Positions 10,075-19,848 are shown, numbered from the stretch's first letter. The stretch is 64,000 nt of DNA from Candidatus Kaiserbacteria bacterium (GCA_029288835.1 JARIGN010000032.1:15090-79089); one strand, 5' to 3'. A program made the numbers and translations. The notes: generated by a model not told the origin, from the letters alone.

Positions 10075-10135
10075 AGAAAGTTTTCCGTGTGGAATGTTTC
10101 AAGCTCGAGTGCCTTCGCGTTACTATATAAAAGGT

Positions 10136-11845
10136 ATGAAAGCGCTTCGCGGCATGTCGCTCATTGATGTGATTATTGGCACGGCTCTCGTGTCTATCAT
10201 GTTTTTTGGCATATTTTCAGCGCTCCGTGCCTCACTGGTACTCTCTTCCTATATAAAAGCGGAGGCGGCGGCGAGCGCTATTGCCAATAATGAAATGGAA
10301 GACATTAGAGCATTGCCGTATGCGTCAGTTGGTCTTGTGAATGGTATTCCTAATGGCGTGATACCAGAATATGCCACCACCACTGCTGACGGCATCACTT
10401 TTGGCATACAGACCTTCATTGACTACTATGATGATCCTGCAGACGGCACTGGCTCGAATGACACAAATGGCATTACCCAGGACTACAAGCAGATAAAGAT
10501 AACGGTTTCGTATACGTTTGGAAATGCAACAAAGCAGTATGTGCTCGCCTCAAACTATGCGCCGCAAGGACTTGAAACTACGGACGGTGGCGGAACGCTG
10601 CAGGTGTTGGTGGTGAACGCGCAGGGTGCCCCCGTGAGCGGCGCAACCGTACAGATCGTGAACTCAAGCCTCTCGCCTTCGGTTAACGAGACGGCGTTTA
10701 CGAATATTGCCGGGCAGGTAAACCTGCCCGGTGCGTTGCCGTCCACCCAGTACCAGATCACCGTCTCCAAATCCGGCTACTCCACGGCGCAAACCTATGC
10801 ACGTGACAGTACGAACCAAAACCCAACGCCCGGATACCTCACCGTCGTCGCCAACCAAACCACCTCCAGCACCTTCGCGATTGATTATCTTTCCACGCTG
10901 AACCTCGGCACCTACTCACCAGTCGCAACGAGTACCTTCACGGACAGCTTCGCGGATTCATCAAAGCTCGCAAGCAAGAGCAACATCGTCGCATCGGGTG
11001 GCAGCCTCACCCTTTCAGGAGGAGCAGGAAGTTATGCGCTTAGTGGTAGTGCCGTTTCCGTCGCAACCACATCTCCGTATCTCGTAAGCTGGGGGCAGGT
11101 GAATGCGACGCTCAGTGCACCGAGCGGCACGAGTGTTTCCGTGCAGGTGGTTGACCAGAATGGTAACCCAATTCCGGATACGGTACTTCCTGGAAACTCC
11201 GCAGGCTTCACATCATTCCCAGTAAATCTCGCAGGCGTATCGACCACCACCTATCCAACCCTCGCGCTCTCCGCAAGCCTAAGCTCTAATTCAGCAAATG
11301 TAACGCCTTCAATTTCAAACTGGAGTCTCTCGATGAGTGCAGGACCGACGCCGATCCCGAACGTAAGCTTCACGCTCACCGGCGCAAAGAAAATAGGAAC
11401 AACCGGGGCCGGTGCAGCGATATATAAGACTACCATAAGCACGACTACCGGAAGCACGGGAATAAATTCGCTTTCGCTTGAATATGATTCATACGGCTTT
11501 TCCCTCTCAGGATATGACATTACCGATGCCTGCGGTGTACCCCCGTATGCACTTTCACCGGCAACTACTTACAATGAAAAAGTGATCCTGGGGCCCCAGA
11601 CTTCTAACGAGCTTCTCGTTACCGTAACCGACTCAAGCGGTACTCCGCTTTCTGGTGCCTCCGTTACCGTGTCACGAAGCGGCTATACTCAGACGGTGCA
11701 GACTTCTTCTTGTGGCAATGCCTACTTTGGCAGCATGAGTAACGCAAGCGACTACAGCATTTCTATTTCAAAATCTGGTTACACCTCAAATAGTGCGAGT
11801 GGCATTTCAGTAAATGGTCAGACTCTCTACACTATTTCTTTCTAG
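10136..11845 (+). CDS. Large pilin-like protein (prepilin-type N-terminus) with tandem carboxypeptidase-regulatory/Cna-B-like beta-sandwich domains
   Basis: The start was placed at MKALRGMSLIDVIIGTALVSIMFFGIF, a class-III signal-like N-terminus with G at -1 and D at +5. Two repeats of the VQIVNSS...SKSGYS / VTVSRSGYTQT type follow. The ORF-track start at 10037 overlaps pilC, so the internal ATG was chosen. Confidence 0.6.
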   Translation: MKALRGMSLIDVIIGTALVSIMFFGIFSALRASLVLSSYIKAEAAASAIANNEMEDIRALPYASVGLVNGIPNGVIPEYATTTADGITFGIQTFIDYYDDPADGTGSNDTNGITQDYKQIKITVSYTFGNATKQYVLASNYAPQGLETTDGGGTLQVLVVNAQGAPVSGATVQIVNSSLSPSVNETAFTNIAGQVNLPGALPSTQYQITVSKSGYSTAQTYARDSTNQNPTPGYLTVVANQTTSSTFAIDYLSTLNLGTYSPVATSTFTDSFADSSKLASKSNIVASGGSLTLSGGAGSYALSGSAVSVATTSPYLVSWGQVNATLSAPSGTSVSVQVVDQNGNPIPDTVLPGNSAGFTSFPVNLAGVSTTTYPTLALSASLSSNSANVTPSISNWSLSMSAGPTPIPNVSFTLTGAKKIGTTGAGAAIYKTTISTTTGSTGINSLSLEYDSYGFSLSGYDITDACGVPPYALSPATTYNEKVILGPQTSNELLVTVTDSSGTPLSGASVTVSRSGYTQTVQTSSCGNAYFGSMSNASDYSISISKSGYTSNSASGISVNGQTLYTISF

Positions 11846-11846
11846 T

Positions 11847-12452
11847 ATGCACACGTCTTCCTCAAAATCACCGCGCGGCTTCACTCTTATAGAGACCATT
11901 GTCGTTGTTTCTATTACGACGGTCGTCATGCTGGCGCTCACCAACATCATCGTTACGTTCTATCGTGAGAATGACTATGTCCTTCAGGAAGCGCAGGCAG
12001 TGGGAAGCGCCCGACAGGGTCTCAATGCTTCCATGCAGTACCTGCGCGAGGCCTCCTATGGTGCTGACGGCACCTACCCGCTTTCCAGTGCCGCGACCAG
12101 CACCATAACGTTTTATGCGGATGTAAATAACGACGGCACGGTTGAAAAGATTACCCTGAGCTATGCCAATGGAACCCTTACCGAGACGATGGTGAAGCCA
12201 ACGGGCACACCGCCAACCTACTCAGGCAGCGGTTCAACCTATACGCTTGCGAGCTATCTGGTGAATAGTTCGACCACGCCGGTCTTCCAGTATGTTTCTT
12301 CTACTACCTCGCTCTTAAACACAAGCACGATGAACCTCACCGATGTCTATGCGGTAATCACCACGCTCAAGGTGGACGTGGACCAAAACCGTTCGCCTGC
12401 GCCGTATACTTTAACGAGTACCGCTGCGCTCCGTATCTTACGCGGCCAATAA
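11847..12452 (+). CDS. Prepilin-type N-terminal cleavage/methylation-domain pilin (major or minor pilin)
   Basis: Canonical PRG|FTLIETIVVVSITTVVMLAL motif. The start was placed at MHTSSSKSPRGFTLIE. Confidence 0.7.
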   Translation: MHTSSSKSPRGFTLIETIVVVSITTVVMLALTNIIVTFYRENDYVLQEAQAVGSARQGLNASMQYLREASYGADGTYPLSSAATSTITFYADVNNDGTVEKITLSYANGTLTETMVKPTGTPPTYSGSGSTYTLASYLVNSSTTPVFQYVSSTTSLLNTSTMNLTDVYAVITTLKVDVDQNRSPAPYTLTSTAALRILRGQ

Positions 12453-12455
12453 CGT

Positions 12456-13946
12456 ATGAATCTCTTTCGCACTGCACCTCGTGGATATCTCACCCTGCTC
12501 GCCTTGGTTTTTGGTGCGGTGTTTGTCACGGTTATTGGGGGTCTTTCCGGTCTCCTCCTTACCCAAAACTTTTCTGAAAATGTGAACGATGCACGTTCGC
12601 AGTCGCTCGCAATTGCGGAAGCTGGCCTCGAGTATGCACGCTGGTATTACGTTCACTTTCCAACAGCTATTCAAAATGCCACTAACTACACTGTCGGTCC
12701 CACCACCTATACCTATACTGACCCGGTCACCGGAAACACGGCCGGTACCTATACCATTAAAGAAGTTGGAAATGTATCCTGCGGGCAGCTCATCTCGACC
12801 GACATTACTTCGACGGCAAAAGTGCAGAATGGTCCCTCTGGATCTACTGTCGCACTTCTCGCGCGCTATGCGCTGCCGAGCGTTGCACAGTATGCCTATA
12901 TATTGAATGCAAGCGTGTGGGCAGGGTCAGACCGCACGGTGAACGGTCCTTACCATTCAAATGGGGGCATTCGTATGGACGGCAGCATAAATGCGCCGGT
13001 GACCAGCTCACTTTCTTCATGGACGTGCACCAGCTCCTTTGGCTGCTCGCCTGATACGACGGAGCCTGGTGTGTTCGGCTCGGGTACCAACTCAACACTC
13101 TGGAGCTATCCTTCTCCGCAAATTGATTTCAATGCTATTGCCGCAAATTTCTCCACCCTTAAGACAACGGCACAGTCTTCCGGTCTTTATCTTCCGCGCG
13201 TAAGTAGCGGTACCTCGGGAGAGCCGTCAGGCAGAGGGTACCACCTCGTTTTTAATAGTAATGGAACGGTTACGGTGACGCAGGTAACGGGGGAAACGAA
13301 TGCGCCTTCTATCCACATTAGTAATCCATCTTCCAATGGAAATCAGGATGACTACTCGATTATTAAAAAAGAAAGTGCCTATGTCTCTTCGAAAACACCG
13401 GGCGGCGTATACACCATTCCGGCATCATGCGGCCTTATTTTCGTAGAGGATAATACGTGGATTGAAGGAAGTATTCCAAGCAAGGTTACGGTGGTGGCAG
13501 CAAACGTAACCACGAGCGGTGTTACGCCTAACCTGATTCTGCGCAATAACATTACCTATGCAAATTCGAGTGCCATTTCTGGCCTCACCGCTATTGGTTC
13601 CAACGACATCTTAATTTCACCAGACTCTCCAGGCGACATGACGCTTAACGGCATCTTTATTGCCCAAGGCGGTGCTTTTGGAAGAAATGACTATGGCATA
13701 AATTCCCAAGGTCATACTGACTGCGGCACGGGCTACGAACCAAAGGGTACGCTAACGATCGTGGGTACTACCGTGTCCAACCTGCGCACCGGAACGCAAT
13801 GGTCTAACCAATGCCCGAATGGAAAGCAGGCAGGCTACCAAACGCGCACCGACACGATAGACCAGATATTATCAACAAATCCTCCTCCTTTTACGCCATC
13901 AGTTTCGACGGTCGGGCAGTTTGTGCAGTGGCGTGAGACGCAGTAG
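12456..13946 (+). CDS. PilX-like minor pilin, large (496 aa)
   Basis: A hydrophobic N-terminal helix RGYLTLLALVFGAVFVTVIGG followed by DARSQSLAIAEAGLEYARW resembles the PilX N-domain. The gene abuts the upstream pilin gene. Confidence 0.6.
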   Translation: MNLFRTAPRGYLTLLALVFGAVFVTVIGGLSGLLLTQNFSENVNDARSQSLAIAEAGLEYARWYYVHFPTAIQNATNYTVGPTTYTYTDPVTGNTAGTYTIKEVGNVSCGQLISTDITSTAKVQNGPSGSTVALLARYALPSVAQYAYILNASVWAGSDRTVNGPYHSNGGIRMDGSINAPVTSSLSSWTCTSSFGCSPDTTEPGVFGSGTNSTLWSYPSPQIDFNAIAANFSTLKTTAQSSGLYLPRVSSGTSGEPSGRGYHLVFNSNGTVTVTQVTGETNAPSIHISNPSSNGNQDDYSIIKKESAYVSSKTPGGVYTIPASCGLIFVEDNTWIEGSIPSKVTVVAANVTTSGVTPNLILRNNITYANSSAISGLTAIGSNDILISPDSPGDMTLNGIFIAQGGAFGRNDYGINSQGHTDCGTGYEPKGTLTIVGTTVSNLRTGTQWSNQCPNGKQAGYQTRTDTIDQILSTNPPPFTPSVSTVGQFVQWRETQ

Positions 13947-13964
13947 GAGTTTCGGAATTTCCCC

Positions 13965-15284
13965 TTACCGATTAGTAGGAATGCAGGCAAGGGAAGAGCT
14001 GTTTGGCGGTGTCTTACAGGTACCGGAAATGTCTCCGTTAGATGTTGAGACGGTGCAGGTGTCGCCAGAAGTATGGGAAGCGCATGCGGTAATTGCTTCT
14101 TGTGGAGGCCCGCTCTGTTGGCTGCCTGGTTGCGAGCTTGTGGTGCCGCTGCCACTCGTGCTGCTAGAACCACTACTCGTGCTTCCACCACCTCCCGAAC
14201 CGCCTCCTGGTTTTGGTTCATAGGACTTGCCGCGGAAACAGCCGACGGAGTACGGAAAGTCTTCGGTCATCACGTAGTGGTAGGTGGTAACGGTTTTTCC
14301 ATTTTCCACTATAGGACTGGTGATGCCGTGGCATTCGTCGAGGTCGTTGGTGGTAAGGTACTTTCCACTTGGAAGCTTAGGTCCAGTGATGGGGAAGCCG
14401 TCGAAGGCCCAGCCAATGATGTTTGTCTCATCAATATCCTTAATGCAGGAGCTGAGGCTGTGGTAGTGGTAGACGCCGCCTTCATGCGGGTGCCCGTCGC
14501 AGGAGTCTTGAATCTCGTGTGCCGCAGCGTCACGGTAGAGTTCGTCAAAGGCGTCATTAAGAAGGACACCATTTGTCATGACCCCGACCTCGCCATAGAT
14601 ACAGCCAGGCGCAGAAGCTTCGGTTGGATTTGCAGGGATGCTAAAGGACTGGTTTTGCGCTTCGACGCTGTTTGGGTTTGCGTCATACTGATGCGCTGGA
14701 TCGCTCGCCGCAATAGGGAATGAACCGGTCGTGCCACCAACAGGGAGGCCGTTGCTGAGGATGGTGCGGAGTGCGCCGCTCACGGAAATATTCACCATAG
14801 CGTTTGGCCAGGATATAGCGCCCTCGACGTTAGTCTTCTGGTTTGGATACCACTCATTTCCTTTAATCCATGGGCCGTCTTCTTGTGCCCCGCCTCCTCC
14901 GCTTGAGAGGTGGCAAAGATAGACATAGCCTTTTTTGGGGCCGCTCGTGACATATTTATTGTCGCCAAGGGGAAGCACCGAAAGCCATGGAGAGCCGGTG
15001 GGGAGTGTTGTGGAAACGCTGCTTGTTTGGGTGCTCGTTGAAGTGGCTGTGCCAGAAGAGAGTGTTTTTGGAAGGCTCGTATTTTGTCCACTCTGAGTAG
15101 ACAAACTTGGTTGGGATGAATCGGTAGCAGAAGCCGCAGGTGCAGCGGGGGACGCAGGAGCCTCAGTCGATCCTAAAGCTGAAGTGCTTGGCACTACCGG
15201 CTGTGGAGCAGGTGTGTGAGAAAATCCGAGCCATGCTTCAACAGTCATAAAGACCGAAATGAAACCCGCGAGCAGTGAATTCAT
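13965..15284 (-). CDS. Secreted YHYH-domain protein with Ser/Thr-rich linker and Cys-rich C-terminus
   Basis: GGVYHYHSLSSC motif, N-terminal signal/anchor MNSLLAGFISVFMTVEA, an S/T/P-rich low-complexity region, and six Cys in the last 45 aa. Confidence 0.6.
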   Translation of the reverse strand: MNSLLAGFISVFMTVEAWLGFSHTPAPQPVVPSTSALGSTEAPASPAAPAASATDSSQPSLSTQSGQNTSLPKTLSSGTATSTSTQTSSVSTTLPTGSPWLSVLPLGDNKYVTSGPKKGYVYLCHLSSGGGGAQEDGPWIKGNEWYPNQKTNVEGAISWPNAMVNISVSGALRTILSNGLPVGGTTGSFPIAASDPAHQYDANPNSVEAQNQSFSIPANPTEASAPGCIYGEVGVMTNGVLLNDAFDELYRDAAAHEIQDSCDGHPHEGGVYHYHSLSSCIKDIDETNIIGWAFDGFPITGPKLPSGKYLTTNDLDECHGITSPIVENGKTVTTYHYVMTEDFPYSVGCFRGKSYEPKPGGGSGGGGSTSSGSSSTSGSGTTSSQPGSQQSGPPQEAITACASHTSGDTCTVSTSNGDISGTCKTPPNSSSLACIPTNR

Positions 15285-15398
15285 ACAAATAAAAGAATTA
15301 TACGTATACGCTTTCAGTATACGTCTCTGCGAAGAGCACTGCTGAGGTAATGCACAAAGGCAATACCTCACTTCCTATGGGAATCTTCGACAGTTTTA

Positions 15399-15941
15399 TC
15401 AGCCTTCGGCAAACATCTGGATCATTTCGCGATTAAAAGCAGGAATGTCGTCGGGCTTTCTGCTGGTGACCAGCTTTCCGTCGCGCACCACCTGCTCATC
15501 AACCCACTCCGCGCCTGCGTTCGTGAGGTCGACCTGAAGGGAAGGCCAAGAAGTCATCGTCTTTCCTTTAACGCCGCCCGCATTAATAAGTGTCCACGGG
15601 CCGTGGCAGATGGCGGCTATCGGCTTTCCCGCATCCACAAACTCCTTAATAAAGGAAATAGCTTCGTTGCTGAGGCGGAGCTGGTCAGGGTTCATGACAC
15701 CGCCCGGGAGGAGGAGCGCGTCATAGTCATCGGCGCTCGCTTCGGCGAGCGTTTTGTCGACTGGGGTCTTATCCGGATGCTTTTCATCATGGTCTACGCC
15801 CTGGATCTCACCCTCTTCTGGTGAAATGACCTCAACCGTAGCGCCTGCTTCTTCGAGCGCTGCTTTTGGCTTGTCGAGCTCGACGAATTCAAAGCCATTA
15901 GTCGCTACGCAGGCGATTTTCTTTCCGGTGAGTTGTGCCAT
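15399..15941 (-). CDS. DJ-1/PfpI family protein (class I glutamine amidotransferase-like)
   Basis: Nucleophile elbow AICHGP and 180 aa overall similarity to the PfpI/YajL pattern. Confidence 0.85.
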   Translation of the reverse strand: MAQLTGKKIACVATNGFEFVELDKPKAALEEAGATVEVISPEEGEIQGVDHDEKHPDKTPVDKTLAEASADDYDALLLPGGVMNPDQLRLSNEAISFIKEFVDAGKPIAAICHGPWTLINAGGVKGKTMTSWPSLQVDLTNAGAEWVDEQVVRDGKLVTSRKPDDIPAFNREMIQMFAEG

Positions 15942-16027
15942 ATAAATAAAGTTAGGAATAATGGCTTATTGTATGAAAATTAGCTAATCATTGCGTGAAG
16001 AAAGAGGGGTCGTGGTAAAATCAGGAT

Positions 16028-16795
16028 ATGTTGATCGTTGGAAACTGGAAGGCCTACGTGCAGACGACAGACCATGCAAAAAAGCTGTACGCGAGTGTGA
16101 AGCGCCTTGCCAGCTCCACGGCGCTACGGGATACGCAGATTGTGCTTGCGATGCCTGCTCCGTATCTAGGGATTTTTGGTACGGGTGGAAAAACAAGTGC
16201 AGCGCTCTCTCGGGTACTGCTTGCTGCTCAAGACCTTTCGCTCTCGACGGGTGGCGCGGCGACGGGCGAGGTGACCGCGGTGCTTTTGCGGAACCTTGGC
16301 GTAACGCATGCCATCATCGGCCACTCGGAGCGTCGCGCCATGGGCGAGACCGACCAGATGGTTTCGGAAAAGGTGAGCCACGCATTTGCCAATAAAATTA
16401 TGCCGATCGTGTGCGTCGGCGAGCGCGAGCGTGATCCTGATGCAAAATACTTGAAGCTCCTCCGTGCGCAGATTGATGCGGTCTTTTCTCCGCTTTCTCA
16501 AAAAGAACGCGCGCAGGTAATTCTAGCCTACGAGCCAATTTGGGCGATAGGGAAGACTGCTGCTGACGCTCTCTCTCCAGAAGATCTCACCGAGATGGTT
16601 TTGTATATTCGAAAAATTCTTGGCTCATACCTGCCTGGACGGGGTGCACAAAAAGTGAAGCTTTTGTACGGAGGCTCTGTCGAGCCGGGGAACATTCGCA
16701 CGCTCGCGGAAGGTACGGGTATTGATGGATTTTTGCCAGGGCATGCAAGCACAGATGAAAAGACTTTCGTGTCGATGATAAAGGAGCTGCAGTAA
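16028..16795 (+). CDS. tpiA: Triosephosphate isomerase
   Basis: GNWKAY, IIGHSERR and YEPIWAIGTG motifs. Confidence 0.9.
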   Translation: MLIVGNWKAYVQTTDHAKKLYASVKRLASSTALRDTQIVLAMPAPYLGIFGTGGKTSAALSRVLLAAQDLSLSTGGAATGEVTAVLLRNLGVTHAIIGHSERRAMGETDQMVSEKVSHAFANKIMPIVCVGERERDPDAKYLKLLRAQIDAVFSPLSQKERAQVILAYEPIWAIGKTAADALSPEDLTEMVLYIRKILGSYLPGRGAQKVKLLYGGSVEPGNIRTLAEGTGIDGFLPGHASTDEKTFVSMIKELQ

Positions 16796-16796
16796 T

Positions 16797-17930
16797 ATGA
16801 GGACCGTTCGTGATATTGAAATTTTAGAAGGTATTCCCGTGCTTGTGCGTTCTTCGCTGAACGTACCGATTGCGAACGGAAAAGTGGCGAACACGTTTCG
16901 TTTGCGTAAGGCACTGTCGACCATCGAGTTTTTACAAAAGAAAAAGGCAAAAGTGATTTTGCTCGGGCATATTGGTGAGCAGGGAACGGAAACGCTCATG
17001 CCGGTGTATGAGGCGATGAAAGAATTTATTCCGGATATTCGATTTTGTCCGGTAACGATTGGGGAGCAGGCGCGCGCGGCAGCGCGCGCCCTTCCGGATG
17101 GCGGCGTGTTGATGCTTGAAAATGTACGTCGCGACAAGGGCGAGGTATTGAATGATAAGAACTTTGCAAAGGAGCTCGCTTCGCTCGCAGACGTGTTCGT
17201 CGAAGATGCCTTTGACGTGTGCCATCGCGCACATGCATCGGTGGTAGGCGTGCCAACATTTCTTCCGGCCTATGCCGGTCTTCAGGTTGAGATAGAAGTT
17301 ACTGAGCTTTCAAAGGCGTTAACGCCTGCACATCCTGCGCTTGCTATCATTGGTGGCGCCAAGTTTTCTACGAAGGAGCCGGTGATTAATAAGCTCCTTG
17401 ACTCTTATGACCGCGTGTTCGTCGGTGGCGCGCTCGGCAATGACTTCACGAAAGGCATGGGCTATGAGGTCGGCACTTCGCTCATTTCTGGAGCAGACCA
17501 AAAAGAAATTAAAAATTTACTTGCAAACAGAAAGCTCGCGGTGCGCATTGATGCGGAAGTCGGTGCAGTTAATTCAAAGAAAGATGCTTCTCGCGTAACC
17601 CGGCTTGATGAGATAAAGGCAAATGAAGCTATTCTCGATGAAGGACCAAAGACCGTTGAGATGGTTGAGCGTTTGGTGGGAGAAGCAAAGACCGTGCTCT
17701 GGAATGGGCCGCTCGGAAAATATGAGGATGGGTATGTCGATGCAACTAAGGCTCTCGTGCTTGCTATCGCCAAGAGCAATGCGTACTCAATAATTGGTGG
17801 TGGTGATACGGAGGCAGCGATAGAGGAGCTGAATGTGCGAGAGCATTTTTCCTTCATCTCCACGGGTGGCGGCGCAATGCTTGATTTTCTCGCGAAAGGA
17901 ACGCTGCCTGGTTTGCAGCCATTAAACTAA
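16797..17930 (+). CDS. pgk: Phosphoglycerate kinase
   Basis: N-terminal VRSSLNVP, GGGASLE-like GGGDTEAA and GGGAML motifs. It starts 2 nt after tpiA. Confidence 0.95.
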   Translation: MRTVRDIEILEGIPVLVRSSLNVPIANGKVANTFRLRKALSTIEFLQKKKAKVILLGHIGEQGTETLMPVYEAMKEFIPDIRFCPVTIGEQARAAARALPDGGVLMLENVRRDKGEVLNDKNFAKELASLADVFVEDAFDVCHRAHASVVGVPTFLPAYAGLQVEIEVTELSKALTPAHPALAIIGGAKFSTKEPVINKLLDSYDRVFVGGALGNDFTKGMGYEVGTSLISGADQKEIKNLLANRKLAVRIDAEVGAVNSKKDASRVTRLDEIKANEAILDEGPKTVEMVERLVGEAKTVLWNGPLGKYEDGYVDATKALVLAIAKSNAYSIIGGGDTEAAIEELNVREHFSFISTGGGAMLDFLAKGTLPGLQPLN

Positions 17931-17949
17931 GTAAGGTAGCAATCAATTA

Positions 17950-17977
17950 TTGACAGAGAAATGTGCAAGCGTATGAT
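17950..17977 (+). promoter_or_regulatory. Sigma70-like promoter (TTGACA-N16-TATGAT) with no ORF downstream
   Basis: TTGACAgagaaatgtgcaagcgTATGATaaaaat lies immediately after the pgk stop. It would drive an approximately 85-nt transcript that ends at the 18045-18070 terminator. Confidence 0.45.
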
Positions 17978-17983
17978 AAAAAT

Positions 17984-18070
17984 ATGTCTGTATAGGCGAA
18001 AGCCTTTATTCAGCCTCTGAGTTCAAGCTTTGAAATCAGACAGCAAAAGCGCCCGAAAGGGCGCTTTTGC
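17984..18070 (+). ncRNA. Candidate short structured sRNA (promoter-to-terminator unit, about 85 nt)
   Basis: There are no ORFs. Internal pairing is GUCUG...CAGAC and AGGC-GAAA-GCCU, ending in an intrinsic terminator. Confidence 0.3.
18045..18070 (+). terminator. Intrinsic terminator after pgk / candidate sRNA
   Basis: aaaaGCGCCCgaaaGGGCGCtttt. Confidence 0.75.
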
Positions 18071-18458
18071 CATTCACATAACGCTCCAGAAAATCACCCT
18101 TCCGAAACCAACTCTTTTTAGTATTACTTTAATAGTTTTACCTGAGCTATTTTTTCCTGTTATTGCCCAATATTTCGTATTTGTCGATGCTTCATACCTG
18201 TATACATACGAAGTCGCTTCAATACAAACTTTTATAACAAAAGGCAAAAGAGTGATGCGCCGACTACGTTCTTGTGAAGACCTTCTGTGGCCTCGGCCGT
18301 TTCGTAAAATATGATTATACCCTCGAGCCGTAAAGTAAATATTGCATTGTAAGATATTGCACCAAATAGGATTAGGAAGTGTATTATAAAATTCTCGAGA
18401 AAGTTTCGCAGGCATAGCTGCGGAACTCTATCATAGGGAGATAAAGAAAGTATGACTT

Positions 18459-18878
18459 TTATTCAGCCGAGAGCGTTGCGCGAATCTTCTCCGCTATTTC
18501 ATTTGCCTGCCCTGGCGCATATTCGATCTTTGGCCAAAACTGAAACTCGCCGCGGTCGTGGCGGGGAATAATGTGAAAGTGCAGGTGTGGTACCTCCTGG
18601 CCTGCAGCTTCTCCGTGGTTTGAATTAATGTGCACGCCTTGCGCACCCACCGCATCGCGCACTGCTGGTGCAATCTTCCGCACGGTTTTCATGGTTTGTG
18701 CGAATGTCTCCTGGTCAATATCGAAAATGTTTACAAACGGTTTTTTCGGAATGACGAGCGTGTGACCCGGCGAATTGGGCGCAATATCAAGAAAGGCAAG
18801 CGTATGCTCATCCTCATACACTATCTGTGCAGGAATTTCCCGCTTGATTATTTTCGTGAAAATAGTTTCCTCGGTCAT
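18459..18878 (-). CDS. HIT-family (histidine triad) nucleotide hydrolase
   Basis: HLHFHIIPR histidine triad and 139 aa length. Confidence 0.85.
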   Translation of the reverse strand: MTEETIFTKIIKREIPAQIVYEDEHTLAFLDIAPNSPGHTLVIPKKPFVNIFDIDQETFAQTMKTVRKIAPAVRDAVGAQGVHINSNHGEAAGQEVPHLHFHIIPRHDRGEFQFWPKIEYAPGQANEIAEKIRATLSAE

Positions 18879-18882
18879 GCGG

Positions 18883-19440
18883 CTATGATACCAGATTCTT
18901 TATGCCGTTCTCTGCAACTCGTTGCCAGCTGAGATACCAAAGGTAGATAACACTCGCGATAATGCAGACTGCGCCAAGTGCAAAGAAAAATCCACCGATG
19001 AGTAGGTCGTAGGGGAGCAGGTGTGTTTGTGAAAAAATGTAGTGCCAGTCATGGCCGCTTCCGCTACCATCGTCACTGCCCCAGATCGAAGTGATAGGAA
19101 GCATCATAACCGTCGCGTCTTTCATGTAGATGCCCGTCTGCAAGAGGTTGTCACCGAACCAAAAGAAAGAAAAGGCACTCGAAGCGGTTGCACGTTTCTT
19201 AAGGAAATAGATAAAGAACAAAAGCGGCAAAAGATTTTGATAGACGTTTTGTCCAATGAGAAAAAAGAAATGGTTGAAGAAAATAAAGAGCACCCCTCCT
19301 GTTTCGTGCGTCACGAAATTAACATAGTCGAGGAATATGTACGGCATCGGAAAAAAGAGCAGCTGGTATGCCCAATAGGTTATGAGCAGCGTGAGTAAAA
19401 TAGTGCCGACCTTGAGCTGAAGAGGAGTAGGCTGGTCCAT
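18883..19440 (-). CDS. Polytopic membrane protein, hypothetical
   Basis: Four to five hydrophobic helices and an internal GSDDGSGSGHDWH segment. The start was placed at MDQPTPL. Confidence 0.45.
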   Translation of the reverse strand: MDQPTPLQLKVGTILLTLLITYWAYQLLFFPMPYIFLDYVNFVTHETGGVLFIFFNHFFFLIGQNVYQNLLPLLFFIYFLKKRATASSAFSFFWFGDNLLQTGIYMKDATVMMLPITSIWGSDDGSGSGHDWHYIFSQTHLLPYDLLIGGFFFALGAVCIIASVIYLWYLSWQRVAENGIKNLVS

Positions 19441-19462
19441 GTACCTCAACTATAACAACAAA

Positions 19463-19780
19463 CTACAAAATCTTTGATTTGAGTTTGTCTAACTCTGCAA
19501 TGATGTTCTGATATATCTCGTCTTCATATTCATTCCAGGCTTGAGCAGCAGCATCAGTAAATGCTTCCTGCGCCGCCTTCAGGAGGCCAGCATCACGGTA
19601 GATTTCAGCAATCTCCATATTTACTAAGAGTGTATCCTTACTCGTCTTTAACTCACCCTCCTTTCTTTTTATGTAAAGATTAAAGAAAGAAAGATTTTCT
19701 GGATTCTCACGCAAGGCCGCAACCACATCTTCTCGAGAAATTTCACGCATGCCTTCTTTTGACGGAAACTTTTCACTCAT
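19463..19780 (-). CDS. Hypothetical protein
   Basis: An ORF same-strand with its neighbours. The start was placed at MSEKFPSK. No motif was recognised. Confidence 0.35.
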   Translation of the reverse strand: MSEKFPSKEGMREISREDVVAALRENPENLSFFNLYIKRKEGELKTSKDTLLVNMEIAEIYRDAGLLKAAQEAFTDAAAQAWNEYEDEIYQNIIAELDKLKSKIL

Positions 19781-19848
19781 ATCTGTAGTATAGCCTTTTA
19801 CTCGGAGATTGGGACCCTTGCGGCATCTTTGGTACAATCAATACCTAC

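Noticed and set aside
14073-14723. 216-aa plus-strand ORF inside the YHYH gene
   Set aside because: Antisense shadow ORF with low-complexity Ala/Arg/Thr composition and no start context.
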